This document shows positions 45,150-54,440 of a stretch of 64,000 nucleotides of DNA, in pieces (positions within the stretch are counted from its first letter, which is position 1; each line of letters opens with the position of its first letter). Where the stretch lies: assembly GCA_963665045.2 (NCBI GenBank), contig CAXXJQ010000002.1, positions 22,728 through 86,727 on the forward strand. Reading direction: 5' to 3'. The notes below the pieces were generated by a model, which saw only the letters and a list, made by a program, of their open reading frames with translations, made no database searches and was not told the DNA's origin. The DNA comes from Desulfuromonadales bacterium (GTDB lineage Bacteria > Desulfobacterota > Desulfuromonadia > Desulfuromonadales > JAAYDE01). The position numbers and the translations under genes are program-made.

Positions 45150-46025
45150 ATGCGATACGAAGGTCCAATTTACAGGCCCCCCAGCGAAGCGGACTCCCTT
45201 TTGATACAGGCCACCGTCGGCTGTCCCAACAATTGCTGTACCTTCTGCATGGTCTATAAAGATGGAATCAAGTATAAGGTTCGAGCGGTAGAGGATATCA
45301 AGGAAGACATGCGGGAAGCGGCAGAAAGACAGGGCGAGTACGTACGAACGCTCTTCTTTCCTGCAGGCAATACCATCGCCATGAAGACTGAAGAGTTATG
45401 TGAAATTTGCCGGTATGCCAAAGACCTTTTTCCCCATCTCGAACGTATAACCGTCTACGGGTCTTCCCAATATATCGCCCCCAAAGGGCCAGAGGGCATG
45501 AAAAAGCTTGCAGAAGCGGGCCTCTCCCGGGTTCATGTTGGCCTCGAATCAGGCGACGACGAGGTCTTGAGACTCATTCAAAAAGGAACCGACAGTCAAA
45601 AACAAATTGCGGCCGGTAAATACGTCATGGAGGCCGGGATTGAACTTAGCCTTTATGTCATTCTCGGTATCGGCGGAAAAGAAAGGACCCACCAGCATGC
45701 GGTGGAAACCGCCAGTGTCCTCAATCAGATTTCCCCGGATTTCATCCGCTTGAGAACGTTTGTTCCCAAGATCAATACGCCTCTCTTAAAAGAGGTATTG
45801 GATGGGACTTTCGAAATGCTGGGTCCCCACGACGTTCTCCGGGAAACGGCCGAAATCATCAAACGTTTGAACCTAAACTCCTATCTGACCAGCGACCACT
45901 ATACCAATTACATCAATATCGAAGGTCAATTGCCGGCCGCCAAAGAACCAATGCTGCAGAGCATCAAAGCCGCCCTCCAGAAAAGCGAAGACCAGTTCCG
46001 GCCGTTCTTCGTCGGCGACCAATAA
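45150..46025 (+). CDS. Radical SAM protein (unassigned subfamily)
   Basis: MRYEGPIYRPPSEADSLLIQATVGCPNNCCTFC cluster motif and VHVGLESGDDEVL (Elp3/MiaB-like core). Start at the internal Met. Confidence 0.7.
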   Translation: MRYEGPIYRPPSEADSLLIQATVGCPNNCCTFCMVYKDGIKYKVRAVEDIKEDMREAAERQGEYVRTLFFPAGNTIAMKTEELCEICRYAKDLFPHLERITVYGSSQYIAPKGPEGMKKLAEAGLSRVHVGLESGDDEVLRLIQKGTDSQKQIAAGKYVMEAGIELSLYVILGIGGKERTHQHAVETASVLNQISPDFIRLRTFVPKINTPLLKEVLDGTFEMLGPHDVLRETAEIIKRLNLNSYLTSDHYTNYINIEGQLPAAKEPMLQSIKAALQKSEDQFRPFFVGDQ

Positions 46026-46100
46026 ATATGTATTAAATTTCGCCAGTTTTTTGCCCGAAGTGACAATCAGCGAGGGGTTAAAAGAATTTTAAAGAAGGAA

Positions 46101-46140
46101 AAGGATATCCCGCTTGCTGGGGATATCCTTTTCTCTTTCT
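46101..46140. terminator. Bidirectional terminator between the radical SAM and flavoprotein genes
   Basis: AAGGATATCCC-8 nt-GGGATATCCTT with T-rich flanks on both strands. Confidence 0.6.
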
Positions 46141-46226
46141 CTCTTATGGTGAGAAAGGCTCCTACCAGGTGCCTCGAGTACAGCTTCGAGGCAAAAGGCG
46201 AAGCAGGGCCGTTTCTTAAAGTCCTT

Positions 46227-47576
46227 TTAATTTCTTAACGTTTTTGCAACAATTTCTGCCGCTTTAACAAGAGGGAATCCTGCAGGAGAAGCTGTCAATA
46301 AGGGTTGTGTTCCGATTTGAGTCATAATTAAATCATGGACTGTCATGTGGTTTTGAATGGCAACACCGATGGTATTAGTCAATTGGCCGGCACATTTGCC
46401 TCCAAGTACTTCACCGCCAAGGATAACACCTGATTGTTTACATACAATAAGCTTGACTGTTTCTTTGTGGGCGTCTTCTAACTTCCCCGGATGGCGGTTG
46501 ACGCCTGTAAAAGAACCAGCAACAATTTTGAAACCTTCCTTAATTGCTGCTTTCTCTATTAGACCTGCTACGCCATATGCTGTTTCCCCAATACATGTTG
46601 AGTAAATACCAACGGTTCCTTTAAAAACACTGAAAGTATTAAGTTCATATAAATTCAATGCTGCTATACGGGCTTCCGTACAAGCAGTTGATGCAAGCAT
46701 AATCCCACTCAGTTTACCAGTTGCAAAGTCAACTTTTTCTGCGCAGTCACCAGCTGCGAAAACATCTTCAATAGATGTACGACGATATTGATCCGCTTTT
46801 ATAAATCCATATTCATTAAGGGCTAATCCCATATCTTCGGCTAAAGATGTATTTGGTTTATAACCCAATGACAATATTACGGCATCAGCTTCTATAGAAC
46901 TCCCGTCATTAAAAGTAACACCTTCTACTTTGCCATTTCCAGTAATCGATTTAATTCCACAATTAGTTTTAACATTTACTTTCCGATTAACTAATTTTTC
47001 TTGAGCATCCAAACAAAATTCATCGTCAAATGTTGCACCTAGAACAGTAGGTAAAATCTCTACCAATGTTATTTCTTTTCCAATTTTATTTAATTCATCG
47101 GATACTTCTACGCCAATAAAACCTGCGCCAACAACAACGATCTTTTTTAGCCCGGCAAGTTTTTCTTGTATATGATCAAGGTATATTTTATCTTTAGGAA
47201 TTGTATAAACGTTTTCTAACTCTGTTCCGTCTAGCCAACTTGGAATTGTCGGCGTTGAACCTGTTCCCACAATTAACTTTTCATAAACAAGTGTTTCCCC
47301 TGATTTGGTCTGACATGATTTTGCTTTTGCATCTACTTTCACAACTTCATCAACAAGAATATCTACACCCAATTTAATTAACCCATCATCCGGCAAGATA
47401 TTATTGTCGCTAGACCCTGTCGTTCCATAAATATATGGAATACCACAGGGAATCATAACCTTTCCTTCTTTTCTAACAACGGTTACTTTTTTGTCCGGAT
47501 AGTTTGACTTGGCTGTCATTGCTGCTACCAGTCCAGTTGCACTACCACCGATTACCAATACATCTGTCTTTTTCAT
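46227..47576 (-). CDS. FAD-dependent pyridine nucleotide-disulfide oxidoreductase (NADH oxidase / CoA-disulfide reductase family), low-GC gene
   Basis: MKKTDVLVIGGSATG FAD motif, single redox Cys in VMIPCGIPY, second Rossmann fold VVVGAGFIGVE, and FAAGDCA. GGAGG RBS before the Met at 47576; the track ORF extends to 47699. Confidence 0.8.
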   Translation of the reverse strand: MKKTDVLVIGGSATGLVAAMTAKSNYPDKKVTVVRKEGKVMIPCGIPYIYGTTGSSDNNILPDDGLIKLGVDILVDEVVKVDAKAKSCQTKSGETLVYEKLIVGTGSTPTIPSWLDGTELENVYTIPKDKIYLDHIQEKLAGLKKIVVVGAGFIGVEVSDELNKIGKEITLVEILPTVLGATFDDEFCLDAQEKLVNRKVNVKTNCGIKSITGNGKVEGVTFNDGSSIEADAVILSLGYKPNTSLAEDMGLALNEYGFIKADQYRRTSIEDVFAAGDCAEKVDFATGKLSGIMLASTACTEARIAALNLYELNTFSVFKGTVGIYSTCIGETAYGVAGLIEKAAIKEGFKIVAGSFTGVNRHPGKLEDAHKETVKLIVCKQSGVILGGEVLGGKCAGQLTNTIGVAIQNHMTVHDLIMTQIGTQPLLTASPAGFPLVKAAEIVAKTLRN

Positions 47577-48059
47577 TCTACGGCCTCCAAGTGATAAAAA
47601 ATTCTCGGCCCCGACAGCCTCCCAAAATGAATTAGTTAAATCCTCCACTTCAATAAAACCCCTGTCAACAAAAAAATCCCCCAAGCCCGTCAAATTCACC
47701 TTGGGCTAAACCGGGGGAGATAATACCTATTGGGATGATGAACGCTGAAATCCATATCCTGAAAAAATGGGGGGGGGCATCCCGAATGGCGCTAGTTTAA
47801 GGGGTTGTCGCACGATCTTCGTTCCGGTGTGGGCACTCTTTCATTTCACGTCGTGGAGAGGTGACCCTCTGGTAAATTTCGGGTCGTCGTTTGACACACC
47901 GGGGTTCCTTCTCCCCGGTCTTTGTCGTGCCGGAGTATTGTTTATGGCCTCATATAAGTCACTGATTAACCGAAAGCGTTCTTGGATACTGATTTTGGTC
48001 CGATAACGCATGGGCGGCGTGGGTAAGAAAAATGAAACCAATTTTTCGATAAACAGCGA

Positions 48060-48764
48060 TTATGTTTCCCTTTTCTGGCTTGTCTCACCCCCTTTTATCA
48101 GCTTCAACTCCCTTTCAAAGCATTGCGGACATATCCCGTGTGAGGCTTCGGCACCGGAAATGTCTCTGACATACTTCTCGACCGTGACCCACTCGCCCGT
48201 TTCCTCGCGAACCTTTTTGCAGTAACTGCAGATCGGATAAATTTTGCTTAAGCCATCGATAAAATGGTCCCGGCGATCTATCTCCTTCTTGTCTAATACA
48301 ATGCGAAGAGACAGTTCGATCATCCTCTTAATCTGATGAATCAGTCTGATATGAAGGTCATTATGAGCGTTCTCCTTGTTGTCCAAAAAACAAACAGTCC
48401 CGAACTGCTCTCCATCAGGGCGCTCAATGGGCATGCCTACGTATGAGACCATGTCCAGTTCGACGGCAGCGGCATTGTTTTTCCATTCAATATCTTGCCG
48501 TGCATTTGAAATCAGATTAAGCCCCCTGCTTTTTAGAGTGTGTTCACAGTACCAGCCAGAATCGGGATACCGTGACATGAGCTCTACCGAATAAGGATTA
48601 CCTGCTGTCTCACTGGAAAGAAAAATTTCAATTTCATCACCATCGACACGGGTGATCAACCCCGCAGGCACACCAAGAAGTTCAGCCGCCTCATCAAGCA
48701 GGTTCTGCCACTCTCCCATAAAGTCTTCGCTAATATTTTCTCTATTAAATGGATTTCGTCCCAT
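48060..48764 (-). CDS. GAF-like sensor domain protein with the C-terminal Cys4 (PICxxC...HGICPxC) module
   Basis: 234 aa. The N-terminal ~150 aa resemble GAF (LGVPAGLITRVDGDEIEIF...YCEHT...). The C-terminus reads IYPICSYCKKVREETGEWVTVEKYVRDISGAEASHGICPQCFE. Confidence 0.7.
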   Translation of the reverse strand: MGRNPFNRENISEDFMGEWQNLLDEAAELLGVPAGLITRVDGDEIEIFLSSETAGNPYSVELMSRYPDSGWYCEHTLKSRGLNLISNARQDIEWKNNAAAVELDMVSYVGMPIERPDGEQFGTVCFLDNKENAHNDLHIRLIHQIKRMIELSLRIVLDKKEIDRRDHFIDGLSKIYPICSYCKKVREETGEWVTVEKYVRDISGAEASHGICPQCFERELKLIKGGETSQKRET

Positions 48765-49132
48765 ACTTACATCGCCTGGCTCTATTTGTAATGGACTCTT
48801 TCTGCTTTACGTTTCTGTTAATGTTCCTCCTCTAAAACACATCAGGGCATTATTCATAGACGCAAGGTTCTTAAAAAAGTTTTCAAAAACTCTGCCTGAA
48901 AATATTCAGGGGAACCGAAGGGCCTAATACTACCTTGAGCCCATCCGGAGTTGCGCCACCGAACTTAATACTTTCCGAATGTACCCATTATATCAGGTAA
49001 AAAATTATGCTGAATGATTACACTTTGCTTAAAAAATCACAGACCCATTTTGGCTGCTTTTTAAAAAAAAGGGCTCCACTTCAATTTAATCAACTCTGTT
49101 GGACAGGAGGATCTGAGCGACGTTTTCCGTAA

Positions 49133-49164
49133 ATAAAAAAGCCGGCTCGCAAACGAGTCGGCTT
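49133..49164 (-). terminator. Rho-independent terminator of the cytochrome operon
   Basis: The minus strand reads AGCCGACTCG-TTTG-CGAGCCGGCT followed by TTTTTTATTT. Confidence 0.7.
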
Positions 49165-49186
49165 TTATGCTCAAATGGAAGAGATG

Positions 49187-51859
49187 CTAATTCTTCACCC
49201 TCATCAACTGCCGATTGCGGAACTTATGCAGCATATTGGGGTGATGAACGCTCATATCCATGTCTTTGGTGTGGCAGAGACGGCAGTTCATTTCGGAACC
49301 GATAGGAAGGTTGTTGGCCTGGTACTGCATAGGCGGAATATTGTCACGTTCCTGGCCGTACATGTTGGTGGCGGGGTAATTGGCGTGGGTGGAGCCGTGA
49401 CAGGATTCGCACATCAGGCCCATGTTGTCGGTACGCAGGCGGAAAAGTTCGCCCGGACCGGCTGTCCAGGTATTAAAGCCATTGACATCCTTTGAAGCCG
49501 GTTTCTGGAAATCAACATGGCAGTTGAGACAGTCGGGCTCATTGATCCAGGGAATCCTGCCTTTGACCTCTTCGACGGACGCCACAACCTTGGGTTCAAG
49601 ATGGCGCATCAGCCTGTCCACATCCTTGCCATGCTCCTTTTCATACTTCAAAAGGCTCAAAGCATGATCCGCCAGGGTGCCGTGACAACTGGTGCAATCG
49701 AGGTCCAAGCCGGCATGCACGCCGCGCAAACAGCCCGTGGGACCGGTGGCGGAGGCGGGATGGCACTTGAAACAGGCGTCGGTGCCACGATCGGTCAGGT
49801 AGTTGGCGTGCCAGCCGTGCATAGCGGCCGGGAAATTGGGGATTCCCGGCTGGCCCTTGGTGCCCAGAACCGGGTCGGCGTGGCAGCTTTGACAGAGCAG
49901 CGGCTTGCCGGCCCTGGCTTTTTTCAGTAGATCAGTGCCATTGATACGGTCGTGAACGCGAAGCACATCCGCCGAGGTTTCATCGGTAAAACCGGCCACA
50001 CCGGCTACCCGCCACTCGCCTCCATGGCAGTTTTTACAGCCCATCTCCGTGGAAGTCGGGGCAACGAAGCGGCCGGTCGCGAGGATCTTGCCGGTTTTCT
50101 TGTCGACGGCTTCCACCGTGTAGAGCGGATAGGGATTGAAGGAGCCGTCGTCCGGATAGGGAACCACCGGAACCAGCGTCGCTTCAAAAGCCTTGAGTTT
50201 TTCGTTCAACTCCATCTCGCCGTCGGTGACAGGATTGCCGGAAACACCGCTGTTAAGAGGCAATTTTTTGCCCAGCAGAGACTCGGCAAATTCCCAGAAG
50301 CGCACATGCTTCGAAGGATTCTCGAACCCTTTTTCCACCCGGTAATGCAGGGTCACCCCTTCGGTGACGATCTGCGGGCGTTCCCCCTTGCGCACCAGCT
50401 GAGCATAGAGATCATTGGCCGGAGGCAGAAGAATCCAGTAGGGATCGCTGTCCGAGATGCAGTGCATGCCCAGGTTGTTCCAGGCGAGCAGAACATACTC
50501 GTCGTCAGCTTTATGGGGTGGAATTTCATAGGCGGGCGCCTTCGGCTTGTAATCCACCCCTTGAGGAGCTTTTTGGCCATGCAGACCCTCGACGATATAG
50601 GCCGCCAGGGCCTCGCGTTCGGCGCGGATGCCCAAGAATTGGGGCATGTAATTGTTGATTTTGCCAAGCCCGTTAAGCATGGAATCCATACCGAAAACGC
50701 TGTTGAACTTGGCTGTGAGAGGCAGAATGTCGTTCATTACGCCGCCGATGGAATGGCAGGAGGAACACTCCAGCTGAAAAATATCCGTACCCGCCTCAAC
50801 CCTGTTCTCCGGGGTTATGGCTTCGAACCGGGTCCATTTGGCACTTTTGAGAACCCCTCGTTGATTGATGGAGACGGCATCAGCAACCCGGATGGAATTG
50901 GAATACATGTGACCGTGCACCAGGTACGGCCGCCGCGCGCCTTCGCGGGTGAATTCAAATGCCCCCATGTACAAAAGACCGAGAAACAAAAGAAACAGGG
51001 CGGCGGATTGCTGCAAACCACGGGGCAGACGGATGCTCATGGCCAGCACAGCCAGGAAGATGACCGGGGAAAGGGTGAGGAACCCGTTGATATAAGTACT
51101 CATTTCCGGAGAAACCTTCAGCATGAGGGTGCGGGTCTCGGCCGGAATTGCATACAGGTACCAGAATGCGGAAGCAAGCATGAGGATAAACGGCAAGGGC
51201 ATCAATTTTACGGCGTAGCGCACCATCTTCTGCCGGACTTCGTCGTCTTTCAGAAAAGCAGCGGTAACGATGGCGAACAGGGAAGCGAAGACCAAAGCGA
51301 TGAAGGTGCGGAAAAACACGGACGGCCAGAAAGTCGGGTTGAAAAATCCACTCCAGAAACTACCATTTTGCAGCCAGGCCCCGGGGGTCAGCATAAAATC
51401 GATAATCCCCGTAATGATGAACAGCGACATCCAGGCGCAGATGAAATATATCCAGCCGATAAGCAGGTGCTTTTGCCGCGCCATCTTGCCAAAGGTATAG
51501 AAATAAACGAAAAGGGCGACGATTTCACCCACGAAAAAGACCCATTCCGTGGCCCATCCGAAGACGAAATTGTGGATCAGAACCGACGTCGCCGCCGGCG
51601 ACAGAAGGGAGATGGTAAACCATATTCCAACCCCGGTGAGGCCGCCGAATACCATGGTCAGCAGAAGAAAAAACTTGGTGTGCTTGCGGGTGTAATCGAG
51701 GATCGGCTGTGAATTTTCCCGGTAGCCCTTCATTTCGCAAAGGACCAGGAAAAGGCCGCCGCCAACGGCAAAATGAGCGACATAGACATGCACGACGGCC
51801 ACCAGGGCGATCCAGAAACCGCCACCCAGGATCGTAAGTTCCCAGATTGGATAATTCAC
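49187..51859 (-). CDS. Fusion protein: CydA-like (cytochrome bd subunit I-like) membrane domain + octahaem c-type cytochrome domain
   Basis: 890 aa. The N-terminal ~330 aa are polytopic with CydA-like motifs (HVYVAHFAVGGG, GWATEWVFFVGE, DFMLTPGAW, NPTFWPSVFFRTF). Eight CxxCH motifs follow: CSSCH, CKNCH, CQSCH, CFKCH, CTSCH, CLNCH, CESCH, CRLCH. Confidence 0.75.
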   Translation of the reverse strand: MNYPIWELTILGGGFWIALVAVVHVYVAHFAVGGGLFLVLCEMKGYRENSQPILDYTRKHTKFFLLLTMVFGGLTGVGIWFTISLLSPAATSVLIHNFVFGWATEWVFFVGEIVALFVYFYTFGKMARQKHLLIGWIYFICAWMSLFIITGIIDFMLTPGAWLQNGSFWSGFFNPTFWPSVFFRTFIALVFASLFAIVTAAFLKDDEVRQKMVRYAVKLMPLPFILMLASAFWYLYAIPAETRTLMLKVSPEMSTYINGFLTLSPVIFLAVLAMSIRLPRGLQQSAALFLLFLGLLYMGAFEFTREGARRPYLVHGHMYSNSIRVADAVSINQRGVLKSAKWTRFEAITPENRVEAGTDIFQLECSSCHSIGGVMNDILPLTAKFNSVFGMDSMLNGLGKINNYMPQFLGIRAEREALAAYIVEGLHGQKAPQGVDYKPKAPAYEIPPHKADDEYVLLAWNNLGMHCISDSDPYWILLPPANDLYAQLVRKGERPQIVTEGVTLHYRVEKGFENPSKHVRFWEFAESLLGKKLPLNSGVSGNPVTDGEMELNEKLKAFEATLVPVVPYPDDGSFNPYPLYTVEAVDKKTGKILATGRFVAPTSTEMGCKNCHGGEWRVAGVAGFTDETSADVLRVHDRINGTDLLKKARAGKPLLCQSCHADPVLGTKGQPGIPNFPAAMHGWHANYLTDRGTDACFKCHPASATGPTGCLRGVHAGLDLDCTSCHGTLADHALSLLKYEKEHGKDVDRLMRHLEPKVVASVEEVKGRIPWINEPDCLNCHVDFQKPASKDVNGFNTWTAGPGELFRLRTDNMGLMCESCHGSTHANYPATNMYGQERDNIPPMQYQANNLPIGSEMNCRLCHTKDMDMSVHHPNMLHKFRNRQLMRVKN

Positions 51860-52920
51860 TTAGCCTCCTGTTTGCACTTAGCAGCCAGATTGAGCATGTA
51901 AGCCACCAGCCCCAGACCAAGGACAAGGGCAATGAGAAAGACAATCATGGGCGAGTACTGCGGCACCAGGGTCAAATCGGACAGCTGGAAATAGGGCTTC
52001 AGAAAAGCCGTCCGCACCAGGTCGCGGACAATGGCCATGAAAACAACCGTTACGAAGGTGGTTACTACTGCCGGCCAGACGCGGCGGGTGAAGCCGAAAA
52101 CCAGGGCCAGAACCGCCCCGGCCAGACCAAGGATAAAAATGGCGGTGTTGAGCCCTGCCCCACCCATGAAACTGAACATGATCTCCCTGGGCAGGGTGAT
52201 CAGAAACCAGAAGCCGATAATGATCTGCGCCACCGTGGCGTAAGAAAACCATTGCATGCCCTGAGAAATCCTTTTCTCCCGCTCCGGTATGGTTTTGCGC
52301 AGCTTGGCGAGAAGGGCCTGAAACAGGCCGCCGAGGGCCACGGATGCGACGACAAAATGCAGGTAGCGGGGCCAGAGAGTGGGATCGCCGAGATTCAGCA
52401 TAGTTCCGGAGCGGTCAGCAAAGTAGCCCTGCCAGCTTTCCGGCACCAGCATAAGGGTCATGTTGTTAGTAAACATGAAAGCGACGACCAAGCCGAGGAT
52501 AGCCGTCAAGCCGATAAAAAAGGTCCTCGCGCCAGGCATTTTGTCAAAGCGGAAGGCATAGCCATAGGCGCTGTAATAGAGCAGAATGAGCAGCCCGATG
52601 ACCGATAGCCAGTAAACGGCCATAAGAACCGAACTGACATAAATGAATTGTCCATAAAGAACCTGCAGGAAAAGAAAAGGAGCAACCCCAAGGTTGACAG
52701 TGAAGGCGATGGTATAAGGAAGCTTTTTTGAAATGTCCCTGCTCAGCCAGGCATCCGTTTTTCTCAGATCACCGACAAAAGCCATGATGGCCGACCCAAG
52801 CATGACATTCATGAAAAGCAGGTGCAGGACAAAGGTAAGAATCAGGAAAAAGTAGAGCCACCCCCACGAAACCGGAATTGCATCAGCCACCGGGATAAGG
52901 TTTTCCACGGTCATGGTCAC
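51856..52920 (-). CDS. Polytopic membrane partner, apparently paralogous to the CydA-like domain of the downstream gene
   Basis: 354 aa, ~9 TM. LHLLFMNVMLG, MTLMLVPESW and DPTLWPRYLHFVVASVALGGLF parallel motifs of the 890-aa protein. 4-nt overlap with the downstream start. Confidence 0.65.
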   Translation of the reverse strand: MTMTVENLIPVADAIPVSWGWLYFFLILTFVLHLLFMNVMLGSAIMAFVGDLRKTDAWLSRDISKKLPYTIAFTVNLGVAPFLFLQVLYGQFIYVSSVLMAVYWLSVIGLLILLYYSAYGYAFRFDKMPGARTFFIGLTAILGLVVAFMFTNNMTLMLVPESWQGYFADRSGTMLNLGDPTLWPRYLHFVVASVALGGLFQALLAKLRKTIPEREKRISQGMQWFSYATVAQIIIGFWFLITLPREIMFSFMGGAGLNTAIFILGLAGAVLALVFGFTRRVWPAVVTTFVTVVFMAIVRDLVRTAFLKPYFQLSDLTLVPQYSPMIVFLIALVLGLGLVAYMLNLAAKCKQEAK

Positions 52921-53411
52921 GTTCCTTTCAAGGGGAAGGGATTAACGCGGATTCACTTTCTAGAGACTCAGCCTTTTAGCTAACCGGCAACCGAAGAAAC
53001 GCCCCCAAAAAAAATCAATTCGACCCGGTGTTTGCCCCCAGAGTATTTTTTCGAAAGGCCAGTTTTTCAGACAAGTTTACATAAAATCTTTATAGCTTGA
53101 AGCAAATTTGTCAATTAAAAGATAAGAAACCTTTTACTTATTTTCTCCAATCTCAAAACCAGAAAACATATCGGTGGCAATTTCCAAAAAAACTGCCTCC
53201 CCTCATACTCCTTTGGAGATTACTTCTTCGGCAGGGTTGCAATTTTCCATCAGAAAATCAGTTTCGATTGACGTCTACCCGACCTTTATATTTTCCGTTC
53301 AATTTTTTATTGTATTATTTTATTGAACAAAAATTGCTAACTATCTATTTTAAAAGTTTTACTACAAATCAAAAAAATCCGGTTGAACTTCTCAAGGGGA
53401 AAAGTGAGCTT

Positions 53412-54344
53412 TTAGTGAATCCACCCCAGAAGGATGGCTTCCAAAGACATGCCGCCAACCAGAATCCAGAGGGTTATACCGAAAGCCAAGGGAGAAAATC
53501 CAACCTTTTTCAGCAGGGATTTACTCAAGCCAGCACCGATAAGAAAAAGGGTTACCACCAGACCTTGTTTGGCAATGCCGGACAACAGACTCCAGAGAGC
53601 CCCCAGTTGGGGAAAAAGGGTGTGAATCACGGCGGCTGCCACAAAGCCAATGATAAAGACCGGAATCTTGGCCCGCTTGTCCGATTTGAGACACAGCGCA
53701 GTTCCGAGGGCAACCGGGGCAATCCACATGGCCCGGGTCAACTTGACCGTGGTGCCGACAGCCAGGGCCTGGGGGCCATAAGCAGCAGCCGCGCCCACGA
53801 CACTGCTGGTATCATGGATGGCCAGGGCCGCCCACTCTCCGAACTGAACCTGGCTTAAATGAAGAAGATGTCCAATAAAAGGAAAAAGGAGCAAAGCTAC
53901 AGCATTCAGGGAGAAGACGGTAGCCAGGGCGACGGCCGTTTCGTCGTCTTCCGAATTCAGCACCGGGGCCATGGCGGCAATGGCACTGCCACCACAGATA
54001 GCCGTACCAAAGGCAATAAGGGCAGCTGTTTTTTGGCCGGTGGGAAAAATTTTTCGCAGTAGCGCTCCCAACGCCAGGGTAAACGTGATCCCGATAAGGG
54101 TATAAACGACGGAATCCTTCCCGACGGTCCAGACCTCCCCGATTCCCAATCCGAATCCGAGCCCCACAACCGAAAGCTGCAGCAGTCTTTTGCTCCAGAT
54201 AGAGGACTTCAGCGACAGCGGATTCCCCAGCAGCAAACTGAAAAGAATGCCAGCTGTCAAGGCCTCGGTAGTGGTGACAAACGGCAGTGCGCAACAACCC
54301 GCCAACAGTAAAAAAAGTGCTTTTTTGACTTGCTCTGTCGCCAT
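53412..54344 (-). CDS. YeiH/UPF0324-family membrane protein (putative sulfate exporter family)
   Basis: 310 aa and polytopic. Motifs FGTAICGGSAIAA and HDTSSVVGAA. It is divergent from a LysR gene, as in the E. coli yeiE-yeiH arrangement. Confidence 0.7.
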   Translation of the reverse strand: MATEQVKKALFLLLAGCCALPFVTTTEALTAGILFSLLLGNPLSLKSSIWSKRLLQLSVVGLGFGLGIGEVWTVGKDSVVYTLIGITFTLALGALLRKIFPTGQKTAALIAFGTAICGGSAIAAMAPVLNSEDDETAVALATVFSLNAVALLLFPFIGHLLHLSQVQFGEWAALAIHDTSSVVGAAAAYGPQALAVGTTVKLTRAMWIAPVALGTALCLKSDKRAKIPVFIIGFVAAAVIHTLFPQLGALWSLLSGIAKQGLVVTLFLIGAGLSKSLLKKVGFSPLAFGITLWILVGGMSLEAILLGWIH

Positions 54345-54369
54345 AAATTATTCCCTCCTTTCAAAACAG

Positions 54370-54386
54370 TTGTTGCAATATAACAA
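54370..54386. promoter_or_regulatory. LysR-type T-N11-A box in the divergent promoter
   Basis: TTGTT-GCAATAT-AACAA is a perfect inverted repeat, 55 nt upstream of the LysR ATG and 26 nt upstream of the yeiH-like ATG. Confidence 0.5.
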
Positions 54387-54440
54387 AGCATCTATATAAT
54401 AAAAATTAAATATTTTTTACGTTTTCCATAAGGTTTTTTT

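Noticed and set aside
49952-51712. 586-aa + strand ORF
   Set aside because: It is antisense to the CydA-like/octahaem gene, whose TM helices and eight CxxCH motifs give strong coding evidence.
52921-53115. c-di-GMP/cGAMP (GEMM) riboswitch in the 5' region of the cytochrome operon
   Set aside because: A GGGCAAAC string is present, but the partner ACGCAAAGC core and the two-hairpin layout are missing. A TTGACA -35 at 53114..53109 suggests an ordinary promoter with a ~150-nt leader.
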